64,000 bases of DNA, from positions 86,517 to 150,516 of the forward strand of contig ONNR01000002.1 of the NCBI GenBank assembly GCA_900319235.1. The letters are read 5' to 3'. Of this stretch, positions 1 through 10,022 are shown piece by piece. The notes beneath the pieces were generated by a model that saw only the letters and a program-made list of their open reading frames with translations, had not been told where the DNA came from and ran no database searches. The position numbers were made by a program, and so were the translations under genes. The stretch is from an uncultured Prevotellaceae bacterium (GTDB lineage Bacteria; Bacteroidota; Bacteroidia; Bacteroidales; UBA3663). Within the stretch, counting starts at the first letter, position 1. Each line of letters starts with the position of its first letter.

Positions 1-418
1 TCGCCACAACTTCCACGTCGTGGAGTGACAGCGTCTGTGGTTTCATACCGAGGGTGAGACGTATGTCGTCACCAGCCATGACGACGTTGTGGGTCAGCGT
101 CTCATAGCCTACGTAGGTCACTTCGAGGGTCCATTCGCCTTTGGGTATGTTCTCGAAAATGGCCACGCCATCAAGGTTGGTGGCAGCGTAAGCGCCCAAG
201 GGCTTCAACTGGCAATTGGCCATGATGAGGGGCCCACGGTCGTTGTTGTCAATAAGGGTCAGAGTAATTGTCTTGCCACCCTTGCGGGCAGCAATGCGTT
301 TCACTTCACGACGCTCGTGGTGATCCTGTGCATTTGCAAGTGGCGCAATGGCAACAGACAGCAACAAGGTGAAGACGGGCAAGAGGTATTTGGCCGAAGA
401 GCGGAATCTGTTCTTCAT
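1..418 (-). CDS. TonB-dependent receptor, N-terminal part (gene runs off window start)
   Basis: Minus-strand ATG at 416-418. My translation is MKNRFRSSAKYLLPVFTLLLSVAIAPLANAQ... It has a signal peptide, then a carboxypeptidase-regulatory-like beta-sandwich signature (DGVAIFENIPKGEWTLEVTYVGYETLTHNV) typical of Bacteroidota TBDR N-termini. It is absent from the ORF track because it is open at the edge. Confidence 0.75.
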   Translation of the reverse strand, partial: MKNRFRSSAKYLLPVFTLLLSVAIAPLANAQDHHERREVKRIAARKGGKTITLTLIDNNDRGPLIMANCQLKPLGAYAATNLDGVAIFENIPKGEWTLEVTYVGYETLTHNVVMAGDDIRLTLGMKPQTLSLHDVEVVA

Positions 419-461
419 TCTGTATGCAATTTGTATGAATACTATTGTGCGATATGGGCTG

Positions 462-469
462 CAAAGTTA
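462..469 (-). promoter_or_regulatory. -7 promoter box (TAACTTTG)
   Basis: Matches the Bacteroidota TAnnTTTG consensus on the minus strand, 43 nt upstream of the ATG at 418. Confidence 0.5.
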
Positions 470-547
470 ATCGATTTTTCTTTACAGTCGCATTCCGAAA
501 GTGCAAAAAAGAGCAACGGGCGGATGAAAATACCTGTTTTTAGGTAC

Positions 548-1015
548 TCATTTCGATTCGCCATCGAACGTCAGCGTGGCATCTGCCATAGTGATGCCAA
601 GCATCGAACTGGTGATATGAAGGACGAAATGCAGTTGTCCGTCGCGCACACTTCCCGTGAAGTCTTCGGTCACGAGTTTGCGGGTGAGGCCGATGTTCAT
701 TGTCATCTTGCCGGCTTCGATACCTTTAGCCGCCTTCAGCGTGCCGTCGGGAGTCAGGGTCACGGGAATGGTGAAATGTAGTGTGCCCGGCATCTTGCCG
801 ATTCGTCCCACTTCGCCATCGATGACTCCCTTGTCGGCAGATGACAAAGTGAGGGTGAACGTCTTGCCGGGCAGGGCAGGGAACGTCTTGTCGTTCATCT
901 GGATGTCAGACAATGTGCCGTTGTAGGTCGTTGTGCCGTCAGAGGCTTTGACGATGAAACAAATTGCCATCAGCAGGATGACGAGGAGTGTGCGGGTTCT
1001 CATGTTGTTTGCCAT
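548..1015 (-). CDS. Small secreted beta-rich protein (calycin/lipocalin-like?), upstream of the TBDR
   Basis: ORF 548-1060. The likely start is Met16 (1015) or Met20 (1003), giving signal peptide MRTRTLLVILLMAICFIVKA. It is co-directional with and immediately upstream of the TBDR. The fold assignment is from memory only. Confidence 0.6.
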   Translation of the reverse strand: MANNMRTRTLLVILLMAICFIVKASDGTTTYNGTLSDIQMNDKTFPALPGKTFTLTLSSADKGVIDGEVGRIGKMPGTLHFTIPVTLTPDGTLKAAKGIEAGKMTMNIGLTRKLVTEDFTGSVRDGQLHFVLHITSSMLGITMADATLTFDGESK

Positions 1016-1028
1016 TTGGAGTGCGCTG

Positions 1029-1036
1029 CAAAGATA
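1029..1036 (-). promoter_or_regulatory. -7 promoter box (TATCTTTG)
   Basis: Consensus box 13 nt upstream of the ATG at 1015. This argues against the longer 1060 start. Confidence 0.5.
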
Positions 1037-1154
1037 ATGATTTTTTTTAGAATTCAGCATGTTTTTCCTGAAAAATTACGCTTTATTTCTTAATTGGGCA
1101 ATAATCTTCGCGAGAATGCGTTATTATAGTTATAATAAACCAAACAATACCGAT

Positions 1155-2597
1155 ATGAAAAAAGACGAAACAAAGCGTGAGAACAAACTTACTTCCGAGT
1201 GTACGACCATCATTGTAGGTGAAGAACAGAGTGCCGACGGCAGCCGATTGATGGGCCGTTCGAGTGACTTCACATCGATGACTTCGATCAACTTCGAGGT
1301 GCATGAAGATACCGATTTCGGTCCCGAGGAATTCGAGGCCAAGGACAGTGCTTTCCGTTGCCCGTTGCCGAAGAAGGCATTGGGTTATACGGCGATGCCC
1401 GACACCCAGTTCCCAGGCGAATGGGGCAGCTGTGGTTTCAATTCGGCAGGTGTCGGTATGAGTTCCACCGAGACCATATTCAGTAGCGACAAGGCTTTGG
1501 CAAAAGACCCCTATGTGGCTGATGGACTTGCCGAAAACTGCACGTTCAACATCGTATTGCCTTATATTCACACGGCACGCGAAGGTGTAGCCCGACTGGG
1601 TTCGCTCATCGAATATTACGGTTCGGCCGAAGGCTTCGGCATCGGCTTCATCGACGAGAACGAGACTTGGTATCTCGAGAACTGCTGCGGTCACCTCTGG
1701 CTCGCTACCCGTATCCCCAAGGACAAGTATTTTGTGACTGGCAACCAAAGTCGTTATCGTGACTATGATCCCAACGACAAGGATAACTTTATGGCCGCGC
1801 CCCGTCTGATGGAGTTTGCCAAGGAGAACGGATTATGGGACGGCAAGGGCAAGTTTGACTTCCACGAGGTATATCAGCGCGATGAAAAACTCGACACCAC
1901 CTACAACTATCCGCGTGTCTGGGGATTGCAGCAGCTGTTCACACCCGACATGGTGCAGGATGTGACGAAGAATACCTTCCCCGTCTTTGCTGAGGCCAAG
2001 CGCAAGATTTCGCTGCAGGATATGCGCACCGCTTTCCGTTTCCACTACGACGGCACGGAGCACGATCCCTACCTCCATTCGAACGGAAAGGAACCTTATC
2101 GTCCCGTCAGCATCTTCCGCACCCAGCAGACCCATATCATGCAGTATCGTCCGTGGTTGCCCAAGGCCATCGGCTGTATCTCATATGTGGCCTTCGGTAT
2201 GGCCGACCTCAGCGTGTTCCTGCCACTTTATCAGGGCGTGAAGAGTTATCCGAAGCCTTACATGGTGGGCAGTGTGGGACGTGCTGACAACAAGTCGGCC
2301 TATTGGAAGTTCCGTAGGGTGATGACGCTCGGTATGATGAACTACAATGCCTATGCTCCCATCATCAAGGCAGCCTATGCCAAGCTCGAGGCCGAGAACG
2401 ACCAGCGTCAGCTCGAGATGGAGGCCGAATATCTCAAGATCTACAAGGACCGTCCGATGGAGGCACAGGATATGCTCCAGCGTTTCTCCGACCGCTTGCT
2501 GAAGCGTGCCCTTGAGGTGGCTGAGGACCTTGAGCTGGAAATTCTCTCGCGCCTCACTGCAGATGTGGAGACGGAGTATCTTTTCCACGGGGCATAA
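1155..2597 (+). CDS. C69-family dipeptidase
   Basis: ORF 1059-2597, with the ATG at 1155 (MKKDETK) preferred. The N-terminal nucleophile context is SECTTIIVG, followed by GFGIGFIDENETWYLE, which is typical of peptidase C69 (U34). Confidence 0.85.
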   Translation: MKKDETKRENKLTSECTTIIVGEEQSADGSRLMGRSSDFTSMTSINFEVHEDTDFGPEEFEAKDSAFRCPLPKKALGYTAMPDTQFPGEWGSCGFNSAGVGMSSTETIFSSDKALAKDPYVADGLAENCTFNIVLPYIHTAREGVARLGSLIEYYGSAEGFGIGFIDENETWYLENCCGHLWLATRIPKDKYFVTGNQSRYRDYDPNDKDNFMAAPRLMEFAKENGLWDGKGKFDFHEVYQRDEKLDTTYNYPRVWGLQQLFTPDMVQDVTKNTFPVFAEAKRKISLQDMRTAFRFHYDGTEHDPYLHSNGKEPYRPVSIFRTQQTHIMQYRPWLPKAIGCISYVAFGMADLSVFLPLYQGVKSYPKPYMVGSVGRADNKSAYWKFRRVMTLGMMNYNAYAPIIKAAYAKLEAENDQRQLEMEAEYLKIYKDRPMEAQDMLQRFSDRLLKRALEVAEDLELEILSRLTADVETEYLFHGA

Positions 2598-2618
2598 GCC
2601 AAGCTATATATACGACAC

Positions 2619-2650
2619 AATCCCCTGCCCGTTTCGAAAGGCAGGGGATT
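2619..2650. terminator. Bidirectional intrinsic terminator hairpin
   Basis: AATCCCCTGCC-N10-GGCAGGGGATT (11-bp perfect stem) between the convergent dipeptidase and ftsH stops. Confidence 0.7.
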
Positions 2651-2669
2651 GCTGTATGAATGCCGATGA

Positions 2670-4526
2670 TTAGTTCTTTTTGTCAAGTACCTTCATGAAC
2701 TCCTCGCCGGTGATGGTCTCCTTGCGGAGCAGAATCTCGGCGGCAGCGTGCATCTCGGCTTCATGCTCGTTGATGAGCTGCACGGCCTTCTGATAGGCCT
2801 GGCTGATGATGTCGCGCACCTCGTTGTCGATCTCGCGGCCGGTCTCGGGCGAGCAGGTGAGCGTCGAGTTGCCGCCCAGGTAGCGATTGGTCTGCTGTTC
2901 GAGCTGCATCATGCCGAACTTGTCGCTCATACCGTAGGTGGTGATCATGGCGCGGGCCAGCTGGGTGGCCTTCTCGATGTCGTTGCTGGCGCCGGTGGTG
3001 CAGGTGTGACACAGTACCTCTTCGGCCACACGTCCGCCCGTGAGCGTGGCGATGCGGTTCAGCAGTTCGTCGCGGCTCATCAGGTGCTTCTCGCCCTCAT
3101 CGACCTGCATGGTGTAGCCCAGGGCGCCGCTGGTGCGCGGGATGATGGTGATCTTCTGCACGGGAGCCGAATGACTCTGGCAGGCGGCCACCATGGCGTG
3201 GCCTATCTCGTGATAGGCGATGATGCGTTTCTCGTCGGGCGAGATGACGGCACCCTTCTTCTGTTCGCCGGCGATGACGGTCTCGACGCTCTCCTCAAGG
3301 TCGGCCGTCTCGACCTGCGACTTGCCCAGACGCACGGCACGCAGGGCAGCCTCGTTGACGATGTTGGCGATGTCGGCACCACTGGAGCCGGCTGTGGCAC
3401 GTCCTACCACATCCATGTCGATTTCGCCATGCTTCACCTTCTTGAGGTGGACGGCCAGGATGGCCTTGCGTCCCTCGAGGTCGGGCAGCTCCATGATGAC
3501 GCGGCGGTCGAATCGGCCGGGTCGGAGCAGCGCCTTGTCGAGCGTCTCGGGACGGTTAGTGGCAGCGAGGATGACCAGGCCCTTGTTGCCGTCGAAGCCG
3601 TCCATCTCGGTGAGCAGCTGGTTGAGCGTCTGTTCGCGCTCGTCGTTGCCCATGCTCGAGTCGCGGCTCTTGCCGATGGCGTCAATCTCGTCGATGAAGA
3701 TGATGCACGGGGCCTTCTCGCCGGCCTGCTTGAAGAGGTCGCGCACCTTGGCGGCACCCATGCCCACAAACATCTGCACAAACTCGGAACCCGAGATGGA
3801 GAAGAAGGGCACCTTGGCCTCGCCGGCCACGGCACGTGCTATCAAGGTCTTGCCTGTGCCTGGAGGGCCTACGAGCAGGGCTCCCTTGGGCAGCTTGGCA
3901 CCCAGTTCGGTGTATTTGGCGGGATTGTGGAGGAAATCGACAATCTCCTTCAGCGTGGCCTTGGCCTCGTCCTGTCCGGCTACGTCGGCAAACGTCGTCT
4001 TGACGTCATCCTCGGCATAGAGCTTGGCACCGCTCTGCCCGAATGACAGGAAGTTGCCTCCAGCGCCGCCCTTCATCATGCGTCGCGAGGCACCTTGCCA
4101 TATCCAGTAGAACAGGAAGCCCGGCAGTATCCACCACAGGAAGAAATCGAGCAGCGGAGAATTTTTCTCGGGCGGTGTCTGCGAAAATTCGACTTTGCCG
4201 CTTTCGCTGGGGCTCTTGGCCTGCAGCAGCCGATCGACCAGACCGGGGTCGTTGACTTCGGTCGTCGTGAAGTATCGGTCCTTGCCTTGTGCGTCGGGCT
4301 TGGTGTAGTAGATGATGCCGTCCTTGATGGTCACACTCTTGACTTGCGCACTATCGACACTGGCGACGAACGAGGTGTAGTCGGTGTTCGTGATCTGGTT
4401 GCGCCCGAAGATGGGGTAGAGCAGCCAGTTGAATAGCGTCAGCGTAAGCATCATCCAGCCTATGGTCTTCCAGTTGAACCATGAAGGCGGATTCTGCTGC
4501 GGGGTTTCGTTCTGATTCTTTTCCAT
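2670..4526 (-). CDS. ftsH: ATP-dependent zinc metalloprotease FtsH
   Basis: Two N-terminal TM segments, Walker [18 protein letters not shown], the second region of homology, and the zinc motif HEIGHAM. Confidence 0.97.
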   Translation of the reverse strand: MEKNQNETPQQNPPSWFNWKTIGWMMLTLTLFNWLLYPIFGRNQITNTDYTSFVASVDSAQVKSVTIKDGIIYYTKPDAQGKDRYFTTTEVNDPGLVDRLLQAKSPSESGKVEFSQTPPEKNSPLLDFFLWWILPGFLFYWIWQGASRRMMKGGAGGNFLSFGQSGAKLYAEDDVKTTFADVAGQDEAKATLKEIVDFLHNPAKYTELGAKLPKGALLVGPPGTGKTLIARAVAGEAKVPFFSISGSEFVQMFVGMGAAKVRDLFKQAGEKAPCIIFIDEIDAIGKSRDSSMGNDEREQTLNQLLTEMDGFDGNKGLVILAATNRPETLDKALLRPGRFDRRVIMELPDLEGRKAILAVHLKKVKHGEIDMDVVGRATAGSSGADIANIVNEAALRAVRLGKSQVETADLEESVETVIAGEQKKGAVISPDEKRIIAYHEIGHAMVAACQSHSAPVQKITIIPRTSGALGYTMQVDEGEKHLMSRDELLNRIATLTGGRVAEEVLCHTCTTGASNDIEKATQLARAMITTYGMSDKFGMMQLEQQTNRYLGGNSTLTCSPETGREIDNEVRDIISQAYQKAVQLINEHEAEMHAAAEILLRKETITGEEFMKVLDKKN

Positions 4527-4677
4527 TGTTTTACGTTTTAAGGTGATGAAGCAATTCTTTCAAAAAAAGTACGGCAAATATACGCTTTTTTTCAAGATGT
4601 CGGTCATTATCAGGGTCGAAAAATGAGAAGAAGGCTCGTTTCCTCCCCAAAAAGTTGGTATTTGACAAATAATGTAC

Positions 4678-4685
4678 TATCTTTG
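4678..4685 (+). promoter_or_regulatory. -7 promoter box (TATCTTTG)
   Basis: 46 nt upstream of the ATG at 4732. Confidence 0.5.
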
Positions 4686-4731
4686 TGCCCGATTTATAGT
4701 ATTCATATATTAAATATGTTTAAGTAGGCAA

Positions 4732-6012
4732 ATGGACAACGGACAACATACTAACGGCACATCGTTGCAGGGTGCCCCTGTCGCAGTCAGGCAGCGCTAC
4801 ATCATCCTCGATGCATTGCGAGGCTTTGCGCTGTTGGGCATTGTGCTTGCCAACTTCCCCGAGTTCTCGCTGTGGACGTTCCTCAGCGACGAGGCGCAGG
4901 CCGCCCTGCCGACAGCCGCGCTCGACCGAGGGTGCCACTGGCTGCTCTATCTGCTGGTCGATGGCAAGTTCTACACGCTGTTCTCGCTCCTGTTCGGCAT
5001 GGGCTTTTCGATCATCATTGCCAATGCCGCGCGGCGTGGTGCCGATGGCTTCCGCATCTTCTATCGCCGCATGACGGTGCTGCTGCTCATTGGCCTTGTG
5101 CACTTGCTTTTCCTGTGGAGCGGCGACATCCTGGCGCTCTACGCCCTGATGGGGATGCTGCTGCCGCTGTTCCGTCGCTGCTCCAATCGAGCGCTGCTCG
5201 CGTGGGCAGCGGTGTTGCTGTTGGCGCCCGTAGGGGTCGATGCCGTAGTGGAAGGCTTTGGGCTGCATCCTTCGGCGTGGTTCGGCGAGCGGATGTGGCA
5301 TTATTGTGGCGTGTTCGGCATCAGCGAGGAGCGCTATGCCTACTGGCTGCAGGAACAGACGTCGTACGTGGGCGTGCTACAGTTCCTCGTGCAGGGAGCC
5401 TTCGAGCGGATGACGGAGTTTATCGACGGCAACCGCTACTTCAAGGTGCTGGGGCTGTTTGTGCTCGGTTTCTATGTGGGCCGAAACCGTCTGTATGCGC
5501 GGCTTGAGGAGATCCGCCCCATGCTGCATCGCGTGCTGGCGGTGGGCCTCGTGTGGGGCCTGCCCCTTAGCTTCATCTATGCGCACAGCTGCATAGAGCA
5601 TCATCCTTGGGGACTCACCATCCACACGCTGCTCTACACGCTCAGCGTCTTTCCGCTTGCTTTCGGCTATGTCGCTGCCATCGCCCTTGCCTATCTCCGT
5701 TGGGGCGAGACGAGCCTCACCCGCTTCTTCGCCGCTCCCGGACGGATGGCCCTCTCGTGCTACATCGGCCAGACCCTGCTCGGTATGCTGCTGTTCTATG
5801 GCATCGGCTTCGGCCTCGGCGCCTACATCGGCCTGGGCCACGTCCTGCTCATCGCCCTCGGCGTCTATATCTTCGAAGCCATTGTAGCCCGCCTGTGGTT
5901 AAGCCGGTTCCAATACGGCCTGTTGGAGTGGGTGTGGCGTATGCTGACGTACGGACGGTACTTGAAAATCGGCAAGGAAGCTGTCAGCCTGAACAATGCC
6001 GAGTCAAAATAA
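4732..6012 (+). CDS. DUF418/YeiB-like polytopic membrane protein
   Basis: RYIILDALRGFALLGIVLANFPEF opening followed by multiple TM helices. This is typical of the DUF418 family. Confidence 0.8.
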   Translation: MDNGQHTNGTSLQGAPVAVRQRYIILDALRGFALLGIVLANFPEFSLWTFLSDEAQAALPTAALDRGCHWLLYLLVDGKFYTLFSLLFGMGFSIIIANAARRGADGFRIFYRRMTVLLLIGLVHLLFLWSGDILALYALMGMLLPLFRRCSNRALLAWAAVLLLAPVGVDAVVEGFGLHPSAWFGERMWHYCGVFGISEERYAYWLQEQTSYVGVLQFLVQGAFERMTEFIDGNRYFKVLGLFVLGFYVGRNRLYARLEEIRPMLHRVLAVGLVWGLPLSFIYAHSCIEHHPWGLTIHTLLYTLSVFPLAFGYVAAIALAYLRWGETSLTRFFAAPGRMALSCYIGQTLLGMLLFYGIGFGLGAYIGLGHVLLIALGVYIFEAIVARLWLSRFQYGLLEWVWRMLTYGRYLKIGKEAVSLNNAESK

Positions 6013-6057
6013 TCCGTATTTAACCGTTTCTATATTTATAAATAAAGTCTTTTCAGC

Positions 6058-7296
6058 ATGAAAAATTCTTTTCTTGTCGCTGTTGCGCTGATGGCGCTTG
6101 CAGCCTGTACGGCTCCGAAAGAGACGGAGGTGCCTCTTGTCTATGACGTTGAGAACACAGGAGCATCCTTTGCTGCACCGTCGATGCCTGCACGCGATGC
6201 ATTGCCGCGCGTCATGGGTCTGACCGACCCTTTGGCATGGAGCGACGGGTCGGGACGCGCCGAGGACTTTGCCTCGTGGTCGCGTCGTCGCGCCGAGATT
6301 GCCCAAGAGATACAGCATTATGAGATCGGCACCAAGCCCAGCGTCGAGGCGGGTCAGGTCAAGGCGCGCATGGCGGGCGATACGCTCTTCGTCGATGTCA
6401 CTGTCGGCGACGAGAAGCTCACTTTGACCTCGCTCATCACCTATCCCACGTCGGGGCAGCCGCCCTATCCGCTCATGATCGGCACAAGCCATATCTCGCT
6501 GCCCGGCTCCATCTTTGCCGAGCGTCCTATTGCGCTGATGACCTATCACGAGCGTCAGGTGAACGGTTATTCGCAGTTCCGTGGCGAACTCGACCGCACG
6601 AAATACGACTTCGTGCGTCTCTATCCCGACTTGATTGACAATGGTGCCTACAGCGAATGGGCGTGGGGCTTGAGTCGCCTCATCGATGGCTTGCAGCAAT
6701 TGGGTCCCGAGGTGACAAAAATAGACACCCGGCACATTGGCGTGACGGGATGTTCGTATGCTGGCAAGATGGCGCTCTTTTGTGGGGCTTTCGACGAGCG
6801 TGTCGCCCTTACTATTGCGCAGGAACCAGGTGGCGGAGGTGCTGCCGCGTGGCGTGTCTCGCACGAGATGGAGGGCGTCGAGGACCTCGACCGAACCGAT
6901 TACCATTGGTTCCTCGAAAGCCTTAAGGAGAACTTCCATGGCGACAGCGTCTATCAGTTGCCCTACGATCATCACGAACTCTGCGCCCTCATCTGTCCGC
7001 GTGCTTTCCTGATGTTGGGTAATCCCGACTTCAAGTGGCTGGCTGATCCTTCGGCCTACGTTTCGGTCAATGCGGCACGTAAGGTGTGGGAGCAGTTCGG
7101 CATCGCCGACCGCATCGGCTATTCCATCGTCGATGGCCATGGTCATTGTCAGTTGCCCGAATCACAGTTCCCCGAAGTGGAGGCTTTTATCGAAAAGTTC
7201 CTGCTCGGCAACGATAGCATCGACACGCGAGATATCAGCATAGCCCCGCTCTACAAGGACAGCGTGGATGTCAACCGATGGATTGATTGGCGATGA
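6058..7296 (+). CDS. CE15 glucuronoyl esterase lipoprotein
   Basis: Lipobox LAAC. Nucleophile motif GCSYAGK (the CE15 G-C-S-x-x-G pattern), QEPGGGGAAAWR, and the late HCQLP His. Confidence 0.8.
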   Translation: MKNSFLVAVALMALAACTAPKETEVPLVYDVENTGASFAAPSMPARDALPRVMGLTDPLAWSDGSGRAEDFASWSRRRAEIAQEIQHYEIGTKPSVEAGQVKARMAGDTLFVDVTVGDEKLTLTSLITYPTSGQPPYPLMIGTSHISLPGSIFAERPIALMTYHERQVNGYSQFRGELDRTKYDFVRLYPDLIDNGAYSEWAWGLSRLIDGLQQLGPEVTKIDTRHIGVTGCSYAGKMALFCGAFDERVALTIAQEPGGGGAAAWRVSHEMEGVEDLDRTDYHWFLESLKENFHGDSVYQLPYDHHELCALICPRAFLMLGNPDFKWLADPSAYVSVNAARKVWEQFGIADRIGYSIVDGHGHCQLPESQFPEVEAFIEKFLLGNDSIDTRDISIAPLYKDSVDVNRWIDWR

Positions 7297-7352
7297 TAGG
7301 TGACCATTTGCATTTTTTGCTCGAAATATTTGGATGATTGACAGGAAATGTC

Positions 7353-7360
7353 TATCTTTG
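7353..7360 (+). promoter_or_regulatory. -7 promoter box (TATCTTTG)
   Basis: 21 nt upstream of the ATG at 7382. Confidence 0.5.
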
Positions 7361-7381
7361 GCCCCGAAATAAACCCAAAGA

Positions 7382-7732
7382 ATGCAACTCAGACACCGGC
7401 AAACTTTTAGTGCAGTGGTTTTACTGCTCGTCATGATAATGTCGTTGGGGACGAAAGTCCTCCACGTACATCAATATGTCGTGCCGACTATTGTCGAGTG
7501 TGCCGATTGTCAGCATCACGTTTTTCATAGTGGTCATTTCCTCGCTGGCGAAGATAGCGACGGTGAGTGTTTGCTGTGCCAATGGCTAAATGTGCCATAT
7601 TTAGGAGAAGACACAGCAGGATACAAAACTTATTTTACTTCCTACATTGCACGATTCTGTATCTCCCTTTCCGAAGGGTATCCATGCGTCGTGCAGCATA
7701 TTTCCTTGCGTGCTCCGCCTGCTTTTCGGTAA
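7382..7732 (+). CDS. Cys/His-rich single-pass small membrane protein (unknown function)
   Basis: 116 aa with an N-terminal TM helix, then LHVHQY, CADCQHH, CLLCQ and a C-terminal APP. It has its own promoter box and precedes a TBDR. Confidence 0.55.
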   Translation: MQLRHRQTFSAVVLLLVMIMSLGTKVLHVHQYVVPTIVECADCQHHVFHSGHFLAGEDSDGECLLCQWLNVPYLGEDTAGYKTYFTSYIARFCISLSEGYPCVVQHISLRAPPAFR

Positions 7733-7810
7733 TTAATTTCTTTCTTATCTTATTCTCCAGGTTTGACATTTGTGAAACTTGGGTCATTCATTAATCACCG
7801 AAAAGTTAGC

Positions 7811-9940
7811 ATGAAACATTTATTTATACCTATGCTGCTGCTGTCGATGACGGCGGCAGCGCAAGATATACACGAACACAGTGCGTTCGTGAACGACAGT
7901 ATCGACCCGATGAAGGAGGCGATACTGAACGAAATCGTTGTGACGGGCATCACGGGCACCCAGCGTCTGCGTGACGCTTCTGCCCCTTTCTCCGTAGTCT
8001 CTCCAAATGACCTTCATCGTAGTATGGGCAGCAACCTCATCGATGCCATCAGCCGTCATCCGGGTCTGTCGCAGATTAGTACAGGTGCGGGCATCTCGAA
8101 GCCCGTAATCCGAGGCTTGGGCTACAATCGCGTGGTGGTGGTCGATCAGGGCATACGTCAGGAGGGCCAGCAGTGGGGCGACGAGCATGGTCTCGAAGTG
8201 GCTGCCGAAGCCGTCCATTCGGTCGAAATCCTCAAGGGTCCTGCTTCGTTGATGTATGGTAGTGATGCAATCGCGGGTGTTATGATTCTGCATCCCGAAC
8301 CCGTGCTCGACGAAGGGGTGATGCAGGTGCACGTGGGCAGCGAGTATCAGTCCAACCAGGGCTTGTGGGAGAACGTCGTGGGTTTTGCAGGCAATGTCAG
8401 CAGCTTTGTCTGGAACTGGCATTACACCGACAAGGCTGCCCATGCCTACCGCAACAATCGCGATGGCTATGTGCCCGGTTCGTGGTTCAAGGAGCGCGAC
8501 CTCCAGGGCATGCTTGGCATCAGTAAGGATTGGGGACACAGTTGGCTCCGTTTAACGCATGTCGATTTCAGACCGGGCATTGTCGAGGGCGAGCGCGACG
8601 AGCAGACAGGCGAACTGATCTTCGAAGACGGTAACACGGCAAAAGGCTATGGCGTGCAACTGCCTTCGCAGCGCGTGCTTCATACCAAGGCGGTCAGCGA
8701 TAATGCCTGGCAGTTGGGACCTGGTCAGTTGAAGGCGATTGTAGGTTATCAGCGCAACTTTCGTCGAGAATTTGAGGAGTCGATCGATGAGGCTGAACTC
8801 GCCATGAAACTCCACACTGTGAACTACGACTTGAAATACCAGTTCCAGCTTCCCCATGACTGGAGGATGGCTGCAGGCGTGGGTGGCATGTGGCAGAAGA
8901 ACGTGAACGAGGGGGAGGAGTACCTGATTCCCGATTACCATCTGTTCGACATCGGTGCATTCGTGACTGCCAATCGCCAGCTCGGACATTGGCACTTCTC
9001 GGGCGGAGTGCGCTTCGATAACCGTTCGGTCAAGACAGATGCGCTTTCTGAGGATAATGAACAGGTTTTCGCGGCGCTCGACAAGGATTTCTCAGGTGTA
9101 ACGGGCAGCCTTGGCGTAGTTTGGAACGTCAGTGACGCACTCAATTTCAGGCTCAATTGGGCACGCGGTTTCCGTGCTCCTACGGTCAGCGAACTGTCGG
9201 CAAATGGAGTCCATGAGGGAAGCATCCAGTATGAACTTGGCAACGACCGGCTCAAGGCTGAGGTCAGCGGTCAGTTCGACCTTGGTATGGATTACACCAC
9301 GCATTGGGTCAGCCTGCAGGCAGCCCTTTTTGCCAATCGCATCGAGAACTACATCTACCTTTCGAAGTTGGCGGGAGTCCTGACTGAAGGATATCAGACC
9401 TATCAGTATCGTCAGGGTGATGCCCTGCTTGTCGGTGGCGAAGTCAGCTTCGACCTGCATCCTGTCAATGCCTTTCACTTCGAGAACTCGCTGAGCATTG
9501 TTGAGGCTCGCCAGTTGCATCGCCACGATGAGGGTAAGTATCTGCCCATGATTCCTGCTCCACGATGGAATATGGATTTGCGCTACAATTTCAAGGACTT
9601 CGGGCGCAGCCACTTCCGTCGTTCCTATCTCGCTTTCGGCATGGAGTACAATTTTCGGCAGGATCATTTCTATGGCGTGGATGACACCGAGACGGCAACG
9701 CCCGACTATGCGTTGCTGAGCCTTTCAGCCGGGGTGGATCTGCACCTGAAGGGTCACAACTGCATCGAGTTGTCGCTCACCTGCCAGAACCTGCTCGACA
9801 AGGTCTATCAGTCACATCTGAGCCGACTCAAATATGCCGACATCAATGCCCTGACGGGCCGTATGGGTGTCGCGGGTATGGGCCGCAACATCTGCCTGAA
9901 GGTGAACATACCGCTCGATATTCATCTGCATCGCGATTGA
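7811..9940 (+). CDS. TonB-dependent receptor (no SusD partner)
   Basis: ORF 7763-9940, with the ATG at 7811 giving signal peptide MKHLFIPMLLLSMTAAAQ. The plug region contains EIVVTG, GLGYNRVVVVDQG and EILKGPASLMYGSDAIAG. The beta-barrel tail follows. Confidence 0.92.
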   Translation: MKHLFIPMLLLSMTAAAQDIHEHSAFVNDSIDPMKEAILNEIVVTGITGTQRLRDASAPFSVVSPNDLHRSMGSNLIDAISRHPGLSQISTGAGISKPVIRGLGYNRVVVVDQGIRQEGQQWGDEHGLEVAAEAVHSVEILKGPASLMYGSDAIAGVMILHPEPVLDEGVMQVHVGSEYQSNQGLWENVVGFAGNVSSFVWNWHYTDKAAHAYRNNRDGYVPGSWFKERDLQGMLGISKDWGHSWLRLTHVDFRPGIVEGERDEQTGELIFEDGNTAKGYGVQLPSQRVLHTKAVSDNAWQLGPGQLKAIVGYQRNFRREFEESIDEAELAMKLHTVNYDLKYQFQLPHDWRMAAGVGGMWQKNVNEGEEYLIPDYHLFDIGAFVTANRQLGHWHFSGGVRFDNRSVKTDALSEDNEQVFAALDKDFSGVTGSLGVVWNVSDALNFRLNWARGFRAPTVSELSANGVHEGSIQYELGNDRLKAEVSGQFDLGMDYTTHWVSLQAALFANRIENYIYLSKLAGVLTEGYQTYQYRQGDALLVGGEVSFDLHPVNAFHFENSLSIVEARQLHRHDEGKYLPMIPAPRWNMDLRYNFKDFGRSHFRRSYLAFGMEYNFRQDHFYGVDDTETATPDYALLSLSAGVDLHLKGHNCIELSLTCQNLLDKVYQSHLSRLKYADINALTGRMGVAGMGRNICLKVNIPLDIHLHRD

Positions 9941-9979
9941 CAACGTTGTCAAAAAATACGTTGTTTGGAACAAAGGCAT

Positions 9980-9987
9980 TATCTTTG
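9980..9987 (+). promoter_or_regulatory. -7 promoter box (TATCTTTG)
   Basis: 35 nt upstream of the ATG at 10023. Confidence 0.5.
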
Positions 9988-10022
9988 CATCGAAAAATAA
10001 GAACAATTAAAACTATATTATT

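Noticed and set aside
89-781. 230-aa plus-strand ORF at the window start.
   Set aside because: It spans two independently supported minus-strand genes (the TBDR N-terminus and the small secreted protein) and their intergenic promoter. It has no recognisable motifs.
9937-9952. Perfect 16-nt palindrome TTGACAACGTTGTCAA overlapping the TBDR stop codon, considered as a terminator.
   Set aside because: It has no loop beyond ACGT and is followed by an A-run rather than a T-run on the coding strand. This is too weak to call as a terminator. It might be a protein-binding dyad, but I have no supporting evidence.
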